Positions 14,001 to 24,300 of a stretch of DNA of 64,000 nucleotides are shown in pieces. The notes beneath the pieces are model-generated. The model was not told where the DNA came from. It worked only from the letters and a program-made list of their open reading frames with translations, and ran no database searches. The translations under genes and the position numbers were made by a program. This DNA is from Glycera tridactyla. Its lineage: Eukaryota. The DNA is taken from NCBI GenBank assembly GCA_965644265.1, contig OZ286468.1, positions 70,866,001 to 70,930,000 of the forward strand, given 5' to 3'. Position 1 is the stretch's first letter, and every line of letters starts with the position of its first letter.

Positions 14001-15397
14001 TTATATGGCGTGAACTGGTCAGTCTCACTTCTTCCTCCTTCACCCCAACTTTTCAGTATGCTTGGAGGGCATTTCCCGTTGCTCATTGCGGGTTAACTGT
14101 ATAGATTTTTTCCAGCTCACTGAAGCATTAATGAAATGAGAGGCTTTACATTGTACTGACTACCAAAAAAGAGTAGATCATGTATTCCAGCAGGAAGCAG
14201 AGAGACGTCAGTGTTCACATCTGAGCAAATGAGAACTCCCAAATAGTTATACGAATACAAATGCAAGGTGGTACTTTTTTTTAACTGAATTTGTCCAGAC
14301 TGTTGAAGTATTTTGTTAAGAGCGAGTTTTAGTTTTCTTGTGTGGCATAATTGGTGAATTGGAGCCAGCATTGTGGCAGTAATGGTTAATATAAACAACT
14401 AGTTGCTGTAAAAAAACTATAGTAGCAACATACATCAACAGCTCCCAAATATTTGGTTTGTGTTTTGGTAAATAACATTTTGGGAGGCCGCCAGTTGTAA
14501 TAGAGACGTGGCTGTAGACGAATCCCAGTCGCCGACTCTTTATTGACACTCGCTCACTATCGGAGAAGTCTGCACTCACTGGCACCTGCGTTTCTACAGC
14601 TGCCTCTAACACACCATTTCCTTTTGTGAATAGACTTGTGAATGATCCATGAATGCTTCATGGTGGTCAACAGTCACTGACTTCTATTCATAACCAGTGG
14701 GAAATACATTCAGCATTGATATTCAGTGCCTAAACCACTTTTTTGGGGTGACCTTCTGATCATATTCTGAGAAATGTGGTCTTGTGAAAGACCATTCTGT
14801 ACCTATGTTTTCTGTGGAGAGGTGCTCCATTCCCCAGTTATGAGGAGATGTCATTCAGATGGCAAATCCTGGAAGCATATACCTGCTGTTTTCTGATTTC
14901 ATGCCTACACCCTCACCTAAAAGAATCACGCCTCAATGGCATCAAGAGGTTTGAGTATCATTCAGCCAATATATTTGAGAATTGGCTCATTAGCTTGGAA
15001 TGAAAATATGGTTAACATTGACCATCCATTCACTCACTCAATCAAATATATTTTCATGATTCACCCAACAATTCAGATCAAATAGGTTCTGCTCGGCAGT
15101 ATGTTGGGAATTTTACAGGTATATCATGGCTCTGTTTTGCTCCAGCAGGTCCCTCCCCATAAAACAGGGAAAAAAACCTAAAGTTGAGATTGTCTGGGGT
15201 TGAATTGAGTACCTATGACGCCTGGCCTGATAGAATCCAGAAGACATACCCTGGAGGTTATCCGTAGACAAAGTGGACAGTTATCTGGGAGGGCAGTCTG
15301 CGAGCAGGGAGTGTTTGCCGAGTTAGATATCAGGGCATCATTCTTGGAATCCTGCTGGAAGCCTCGGGTTGATATTCATGTGCCATTCATACAGGAT

Positions 15398-15462
15398 GCT
15401 TGCTGCTTGTTTTCACCCCAGGTAAGGTTTATAAAAACTGCCTTGCCAGTTAGCAGATAAGA
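15398..15462 (+). other. Candidate recursive splice site with downstream AT pseudo-donor
   Basis: gcttgctgcttgttttcacccCAG(15419-15421)|GTAAGG, then CAG|ATAAGA with +1 at 15457 (35 nt spacing). Confidence 0.6.
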
Positions 15463-16964
15463 GGATGTATACAGACAAAAGTGTTGCTAACAGCTGAGAG
15501 CAAATACTAACAAGTAGATGCTTGCCTGCAAGAGACTGTGAAAACAAGCAAGTCACATCATTGTCTTGGCACACTGCAAGCTACGGTCCTTAAGCACTTC
15601 ATATTCTGACCTACAACTTTGTCAAAACCTTCTCACCTCCCTTATCTTCCAATCATTTTGTCGAGATGAACAAGGTTTAAATTGATGTATCATATCGTGA
15701 ACAAAAACATTTTCCATATTTTCACTGAATTCGTTGATGTCCCTCAATGTTCTTCTCCTAGTTTTTCGATCGCAGGATATATGAATGAATCAGAGCTAAT
15801 GATGCAAAACTTACAAATGAGAGAATGATCAGATATGATCAAGGGCACAGCTGACAGGGTTTAGATTATCAAACTTTATTTCTCATTGTCACCCTGAAGC
15901 CATTTTGAAGCATGAGGCCATGAATGCAAAGAGAAGATATGGATGAGAGATTGAAATAATATTCTCTCTCAAAGTTGGTAGGGTGTTTGGCCTGTCAAGG
16001 TGAGCTTATTCCACTTGGCTACATCCCGGGGCCTGCGATGATGGACATCTTGCACACACTGACTGAGTTCTTACTACAGATTATACAAGCCCGGGCAAGC
16101 TACTGGTGTTTCTCAGCTCTCACCAGTTTGTTGTTTCACCAGATCACTTGGCTAGATAAACTTCCCATGAGAGAGCTGGGGCTATGCACTTTGCTCCTCT
16201 GGCACTTGCCCAGCTACCTTGACAGGGACTACTGCGTGTGGTCTCTCTGTCTGTCTGTCATTCTGTCTGTTTGTCTACCTGCATATTCCACATCAGTGGC
16301 CTATTCTAGAGCAAAAATCATCTTCAGAAAGTCAGCATGTCAGGTCGATGTTGATGAGCCTGCATATCTGTCATTTTTGTACAGGCAAACTTGTCCTAAG
16401 GGAGTCCTATACTGAGCATGAACATGCTCTGAGCCCACAGTTTTATAAGGGCCCATGGCTTCATGCTTAAGGACACATTTGCCTATTCATTCTCCTCCTA
16501 ATCTGTTGAATCCCAGAATTGAGGGAAAATAGTCTTTGGGAGATTAGCCTCTGACATTCCCTTGAGAAACAAAAATATTTTCAATAAAAAATATGATAGT
16601 GAAAAGATATTGGATACATCTCTCTCATCAAGTATTATGTGGAATGCTAGGGAATGACTGAAGTGGGAGGTCCTGGTTGGGTTATCATTTAAGGCGAGAT
16701 GAAAATATTATAAGGCTACAAAATACCTACGTTCTGACATGCGCAATGGATTGATTGATTGATTATTGATTGACATGACCAGACTGGACTCAATAGTGAT
16801 AGCTTTCACCTAGCTTTCACGAACTTCCGAGACCCAAACATCTCTTGAATGATGAAGGAAAAGCTCCAACTCCACAACATGACTGCCTAGTACACCCCTC
16901 ACAAATCTTCTCTGTTATGAGGGGTAAAATCTAATGGCCTGTAGCAGGAGCAATCATTCCCAGG

Positions 16965-17056
16965 TTATGAGAAAAAAAGCAGACTTTGAGGGCTTGTGGG
17001 CTGACAGCCTGATTATGAGAAAAAAGCAGACTTTGAGGGCTTGTGAGCTGACAGCC
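16965..17056. repeat. Tandem duplication, 2 x ~48 bp
   Basis: ttatgagaaaaaa(a)gcagactttgagggcttgtgRgctgacagcc is repeated at 16965 and 17013. Confidence 0.95.
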
Positions 17057-18578
17057 GTGCTACACGTGTTCTGATCTGGTGGTAGTGGAGGACAGAGGGG
17101 CAGCAGGGGTGTTAGGCCCATGTCAGTGGCTTCACAGATGTCAAGTTGTATATGAAGGTAGGATTGTGATTTGAACTGGCTGTATTTTTGAAACCAATGA
17201 ACTTCTGGGGCACACCAACCAATGACTGACTCTATGTAGGCCATAGTGCATTATTCCAATAGTTCTCATAGTCGTGGTTGATTGATTATTGATAAAAGTT
17301 TGAGCATTTCACTGTGGACTTTGTACATTGTAGCTTGACTTCTTTCATTCATGCAATGATGCGCACCATATAGGAATGCCTGAATTGTCACAACTTGATG
17401 TTCTCAGGGTTGTTATCAAATAAAGAAATGATCAGCAAATCCAAGATCGCTATTTCTCAGCTGATTACGATCAGATGAATTTAATTGCAGATATGCTATA
17501 TCAAGACTGTTTCATGATTGTCATTTAATAAAGGAACAAGATAAGATTGTAATTTATTCCTGCTCACCATTAGAATAATTGTTAATCATATTTTTATAGA
17601 AAGAAGCTGGATTGAGAGGCTAGAAACCTGAGTTAGATTGGTACTTCACATAATTGAAACAGTAGCAGAAACAAGAATTCATGTTGGGATGAAACTATAT
17701 TTCAAGTTATTCAATTATAGCTTCGCCGAGCATGTTTTCAATCTGGAGAATTTGAATCTTCCACTCACTTCATCTGGGATGAGGGTACATTATTTCTGAG
17801 AAATATCTCAATGAAAGAGTGAGTATGTGGCCTTGAGATTTCATGAAGCTGGGAGCTTCTTGGTATTCCAATATTGAATCATCTGATATTGTGCGGGATA
17901 CTCCATAGGCATGGTGTTTTCCCAGTCCACAATGTATTCTACGAATGCTCATGCCAGACATCCAGGATGACAAAGTCTGAACTTGTGTAAACAGGTCTAC
18001 ACTTTCAACATCACGGTGGCCCAAAACATGCTATGGGAAATACGAGAGATCAGACAAAAAAAGGTTGCAGATATTTACCTCCGATTCTGCCAGCCTCATT
18101 CTGGCAATATTTGTTGTGACACATGGTAATATTGACGTCTGGGTCGGTTTAGCAGCATATGATAGTGCATGTAAAACAACTGCAGAGTCATCATTGCCTC
18201 CATGCAGTGCACATATATATTCTTTCATCGTCCCTTCCTGTGCAGTGCACATATATATTCCTGCCAATCAATCCTCATATTTGGATGGTGACTCCATTGG
18301 TCTTGGATCCCCTTTCCAACCCAGAAGGGGGATGATGGTCCCCAATGATGATCCAGTAGCTTCCGTCAAATGAAGTCAATTGGCTACCTTTGCATAAGGT
18401 TGACCATCATATTGGGCACAAAGGTGTGTCTTGCCTTGACCTGGTAGTCCTATATCTTTCTAAAGAGCCAGGTTGAGACCATGTGAACTGAATCATAACT
18501 GATCGGCAAGTTCACATGATTGTGACTTTTCAAGATATTTTCTCGCTATTTTTCCCTCACTGCTAGCCACTGAAAGGA

Positions 18579-18729
18579 NNNNNNNNNNNNNNNNNNNNNN
18601 NNNNNNNNNNNNNNNNNNNNNNNNNNNNNNNNNNNNNNNNNNNNNNNNNNNNNNNNNNNNNNNNNNNNNNNNNNNNNNNNNNNNNNNNNNNNNNNNNNNN
18701 NNNNNNNNNNNNNNNNNNNNNNNNNNNNN
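18579..18729. other. Assembly gap (151 N)
   Basis: Run of N bases. Confidence 1.
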
Positions 18730-19441
18730 ATTGCCCATGTATGTGAGGAGACTAATCATTGTAAAAGTCCAAACACATATGAAGCATTATTAGCGTGGTA
18801 GTAGACCTACACACATCAACCTGATGACGTGATAGCTTGGACCTGCTCATCATAGATTAACCAGTCCATATTTCAACCATCCATTCATCATATCATGTAT
18901 CCATCATAGTCATCCCATACCAGTTGTAGTCATTCCATATCCAGTCCATTGTCTGAATATGAAATGAAATTCGAAAATGTATACCCTCCCAGATGTGTAT
19001 TTGTTGCTTGTATGATGATCATCACCATTTCTAAAAGCTGTCCTCCGAAATTGTGGTCTCTATTTGGAGGGTGTATTTGAGTATACCAAATAGAAAAGTG
19101 CCTTCCCAAAAACGGTTTCCCAAGACATGTGGTCACACATCGGGGATGGGGCTTTCATCATATCTTCGAGTGTATTTGAATATTTGACAGTAATCATTAA
19201 GATTGGATCGTGAAGATCATCATCAACACCATCATTGCCATCATTGTTGATGTCATCAGCATTGCCATCCAGGACGAATGATATTTTCTTCCCAACATGG
19301 GGATCACGTGATGAAGCACCAGCGTACTTTTACCACTGAGTTGAGAAAAGAAGCCGGATGGATTTCTGAAAGCTCCTCACTTTTACCCTACGTTGTGAGT
19401 ATTCATACTAATTCTTCTACCAAAATGTTTTCCTCAGTTCT

Positions 19442-19530
19442 CTGATCAATTATTGTGTATTTTATGGTTTCAGGTGAGTGTCGTTTTTGCATCTTAGCTG
19501 GTTGTTTTATGCATCATCAAGCAGATAAGT
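19442..19530 (+). other. Candidate recursive splice site with downstream AT pseudo-donor
   Basis: Branch-like CTGAT (19442-19446) and T-rich tract, then tttCAG(19471-19473)|GTGAGT. CAG|ATAAGT follows with +1 at 19525 (51 nt spacing). Confidence 0.75.
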
Positions 19531-19564
19531 CAAGATACAATATTTACATATATATATATATATA

Positions 19565-19740
19565 CAGTCAAACCTGTATTCAGCAACCACCCTTGGGACA
19601 GTGAAAAGTGGTTGCTTAAGATAGGTGATTGTCTAATACAGGTTAATCATAGTGAGAAATACTCTGGAGGGATTTTCGAAAGTGGTTGCTTAAGGCAGGT
19701 GATTGCTTGATACAGGTGCCCTTTATAGCAGGTTCAACTA
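19565..19740. mobile_element. pogo-like MITE inserted in a (TA)n run
   Basis: (TA)n-CAGTCAAACCTGTATTCAGCAACCAC...two copies of gtggttgcttaagRYaggtgattgYYtRatacagg...GCAGGTTCAACTA-ta. Confidence 0.8.
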
Positions 19741-19769
19741 TACTTCCTTTGCTTTATTTCTTTACTGCT

Positions 19770-20215
19770 GCTGTCACCACTATTACCATTGCTACTACTA
19801 CCACTATCAACACTACTATCACTAACCACCACTTCCACCACTTCTACAGCTGCCCCACCACCACAATTGGTAATGCCTCCACAGTCACTGCTGTTAACAC
19901 CAGCATCACTACTACCATCACAACCACTGCTGGCTCTGACACATTGGAGACTGCTGCTGCTGCTGCCACTGACAGTAGCAGCGCCACCACCGACAGCAAC
20001 AGCACTGCTGCCACCACCATCACAAGAAACCAATGATTGCCGTGGCCACCACTACCACTACTACCATCACTAGGAATACCATCATCACCTTCACTGCTGC
20101 CACTACCACCACCATCACAACTGCCACCACAACCACTGTTGCCTCTGACCCAGTGACTGCTGCTGCTACCACCACTGTCACTGCCACAGCCATCACAACC
20201 TCCACAACTACTCGA
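19770..20215. repeat. Cryptic trinucleotide low-complexity tract (ACC/ACT/CTG/ATC)
   Basis: Degenerate accact/ctgctg/accatc repeats give Thr-rich (+) or Val/Gly-rich (-) spurious ORFs. Confidence 0.85.
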
Positions 20216-21201
20216 GTGAGCTCATCTACAAAGATGAATATGACTGAGGTTGGTGGTCGAGGGAGGGGTACTACAACTTCACCTGTATGAACAAAAATCT
20301 GCTGGCAATATTTTCACAACCTCTTATCTGCACTGCATGGGGAAGAAAGACTGGAGTGATATCTTGCTTACAGCATCCACATGGCCGAGATGTTGCATCA
20401 ATTTCATCCTGGCTAAGTTTATTTATCCAAACTGCTGGCTTTCTCTCCGGCTTCCATTATGTTGGTCTACCACAGTCCTCCTCAATGACTCTCCTGACTA
20501 TTAACAGCCTCCCCCAACCCACGGAGGTCTGGAACTCATTTATGAACTACACCAAAGATAAAAACACAAATACTGCTCCAAGATCTTTTATTGATCAGTG
20601 CTTTTTTTGAACTGTATAAATAACTGAAGTCTTAAGACAACATGTTTTTTTCTATTAAAAAAAAGGTATTCCAGTACATTGTTTTTCTTTCAGTCATGAT
20701 ATCCACCTCTTATCTTACACACCACAGCATTGGATTTCACAGTACTCAGTTTTTTATCACGTCAGTTGTAAGATGTGGCATGCAACTAGAATTGTCCATC
20801 GATCATAGCTTTGAAATTGTGAAATATTCTCCAAACCCCACTTCTATTATCAGAAAGTGTATGAAAAAGTTTGAATCATAATAAGGCTAATCATGATGGA
20901 AATAATGAAGTAGGTGGTGATAATAGGCAAACTGGCAAAAGATTCACTTCAATATAATTGGCAATAAAGAAACATAATTTGCCAAGCTCTTGTTGAGGTG
21001 CCCAGTGAATGCTGCCTGGAATACCCATGTATTGGTTCCTTCGCTTATGATCCTACATGGAAAACTTCCGCAAGAATGAGAGGAGAGGGGATCATTCAAG
21101 AGATCCCTACTCCAGGTCTTACGAGTTGGAAGAACCTTGTGGAATCCACAGACACAGGGAAAAGAGAAACATCATGTTATGCCTTTTTTGTCCAACATTT
21201 C

Positions 21202-21360
21202 CAGTCATACCTGCTCTAGATACCACCTTTCTATGAAGGCCACCTGCCAATAAGAGCCTCCCTGAACAGTGACTGTTATAGAACTCTGAACAGTAAATGA
21301 CCTCCAGAAAGACCAACTGCCTATAAAGGCTCATTTTTGGTGTAACTGAAGGTTCGACTA
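21202..21360. mobile_element. Degenerate pogo-like MITE
   Basis: CAGTCATACCTGC start, repeated (t/g)accacc/ggccacct/agacca motifs, and a GGTTCGACTA end. Confidence 0.6.
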
Positions 21361-24300
21361 TGTTACTTAATTATGTGGGGAGATTGAAGCAGTGGTTTTT
21401 CTTTCCAGACATGTAGCCTCCTCTGTGAATGTTCGTTGTAGACAGGCGATGTTGTCTGTACAGAGAGTGTCATGGTACATGCGTCACATTATGACACAGA
21501 TGTCAGTTTCATTGTTTTGTCACAAAGTGTGACCATGTTTACACTTCTCATCCTCTTGTTGTTCCTCCACATGCGACCATATTTATGTCTTCCTGCAGCT
21601 TTGACCCCAGGACAGCAGGGCTGGAGCAGTTTCTCCGACCTGTTTGTGACCCTTGGTGACTCCATTTAGTATGTAGAACTGTGAACAATTTCACTCATGT
21701 CTAGGATGATATAAAACCTGAGTATTTCAGGGAGCCTCCCTAATGCAAATCCACACTCAAAGACAGTTGCACTTACCCCATACTGGTTGAACCCATTTAA
21801 AAAGATTTCACGAAGAAACGCTCTTTACTTCAAATTTTAATCAGCAAAGGCCCCCAATTCTAAAAATCTTGGCTACAACCCTGCATCAGAGTTGGTATTC
21901 TGAGTCACTATTTTTTTCATAATTATATAAAAGGAGAAAATGCCTTATATTTCCAAGTATACACACTAAAGTGGAACAGACGTCTCATAAAAGTTTTATA
22001 GCACAGTTTATTTTTTCAGTCACATCTAGACTTTTCCAGTCAAGAGATAATCTCAACCTTAGTTTGGGTAGTTTGGTGTATACAATTAGGTGGATTATGC
22101 AGAGGAATATTTTCTCAAGGCGGGGTATTCAAGATCAGAGTTTGAAGTTCGTTGATGTAAGTTGATGTTAGGAGAGCTGGTTAGTTGGGGTAGTAGAGGC
22201 CAGCACACTGATCTCATTAGCTTGTATGGATACCCCAGTATTTACACCCCATCTGTCACTTAACCATGTTGACTTAACAAACATATATGTCCTGACACTC
22301 TCCAACAAAACACCACCACCAGACAACCAAGGCTAGACCCACATTCATTGAACCCTGGTGTCCGTGTGAATAGATTCCAGTTGGCTGACATCGGAGCTCT
22401 CAAAGAGTCAGCCTTTTTTCATACATTCTTGTGGTGAAATATGCTCCTGGGAATGTGATAACAGTGTTGATATTAAGGAAAAGATGGCAAGAGGTCTGAT
22501 ACTGCATTTCCACAACAGGTTTTTATCAGCTTTTCAACTTTACTTGCATTTCCTGTCTTTCACTGACATTTCCTGCATCATTCTGATTGTTTGCTGGACA
22601 GTGTTTGAAAAAAACTGTCAGAAATGTCACTTGTCAGAGGAAAAAAATTGAATGTGATCTAGAATTCTGTCTGACTGATCATCAGATGCAACAAACCAAA
22701 TTCAGTTAACAGTCCAAATGTCAGACATAAACAGGCAATTGTCAGACAATGGACAGATTTATGTCTGACAAATTGTCAGACAAGGCTGAGGACCTTTCAC
22801 AACTGCTGCTGCTGGGACCTTCAATTTGTCTGATAGTCTTACTCAATCATTAGAAATAGGATCAGAGCCAGCTTGTAGATCAGACTGACTGACCAACCAA
22901 CTGCTAAAATCATGAGCACATGTATAGTGAAGTATGCAACCACAGGGCTCAATGTTGGCCAAAATATTCATGAGCCAGACATTCATATTTTAGGAGCCAA
23001 ATCTGTATTTTGGAGTAATTAGTTGATTGGGTAATGACAGTATTAGTTCAGTACTGGCATGAGACACTGGATGTGTGATGAGCATTTCTTGTTTTTTGTG
23101 TCTTCACTTTGGTGACTTCACGGAAACCCCACACAACCACACAAGACAGGAAATGAATTCTTGAAAGAACCTCATGTAATCGAAAACTAGAATTAAAAAC
23201 TTGAAGTAAGAGTTGATTGGTTTAATACATTTAAGAGTTCACACAAGTGTGTGAAATAAAAAGGACGTGTCAGGGCTCGGTTTCCTGTCTGTTTTGCCTG
23301 TTTATTGTCAACATTCGATTTTTATCATTCATGGCATGTGCATAATGATAGCTGGTCTATGTCCATGGACTGTGATTACTGTCGGTTTCTGGGAGTACAA
23401 CCTAATATCGTACATCATCCTCTCAGTATATCTCAATGACAATTTGACATTGTTGATATTGGTCTTGATAGCATTTTCATCTCTCATTTCCATCCACTGC
23501 ATATGCTGTTATTCTTGTACTAATATATTATGTACTTATCTAGCATTATACTGAGCTCATTTTGCCAGTCAAATATCAAATTATTGAAAGACCATGTGTT
23601 GAACCTGTTGCAGGAAGAAACAAAAATATTTGGGGGGACATTATCTCTTGTTTACAGCCACCTGCATGTGATTAGTCTGGCACCCATACTTGTAGGTTGC
23701 TGATCTTGTTAGTTACATCAGAGGTGGTACCCGGCTGTCTGAGATGTCTCAGAAGTTACATCTTTGTTTATATTTGTACCAGGGGTACCCAGCACACACA
23801 GCAAGGTGGCAAAGCAAAACATCGTGCAACTGATATCACCTCCCTTATCTCAGAAAATATTAAAGCGGCATTATTTCAGATAAAAATTCAGAATCAAATT
23901 TAATAACTGTTTGTGCAGTTGTCCTAGTGTTTTCTTTGACTACAACTGTACATCAGTCCATAATGTTTGTGTTTGACTATTTCATGTTTCCACCTTGTCT
24001 CTTCAGTCCATCATTTCATTCTTGCTGTATTTTGCTCTCAATTCTGTGCATGATTGAGGTAGAACAGATTGTAGGGGAGTGATTTCTAAGTGGGATTGAG
24101 TCAGACATGGATTTTTATGTGAGATCAGATCTGTGTTTAGTAGTTCTCAAGATCAGGTTTGCACATTTGAATGATGAACAGATGGGTGAGAAATTCCCCT
24201 TTGCCAAAGTTTGGCAGTACACTCACCTAACTGAGCAGTCTGAACAGGATAATAACTAATATTATTTATCTGATCCTGGTAATGATTGATGTATATTTGA

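Noticed and set aside
15975-16415. 146-aa ORF
   Set aside because: No recognisable domain, it runs through a (TCTG) microsatellite, and there is no convincing splice context.
24221-24229. Minus-strand TAG|GTGAGT
   Set aside because: No upstream pyrimidine tract on that strand.
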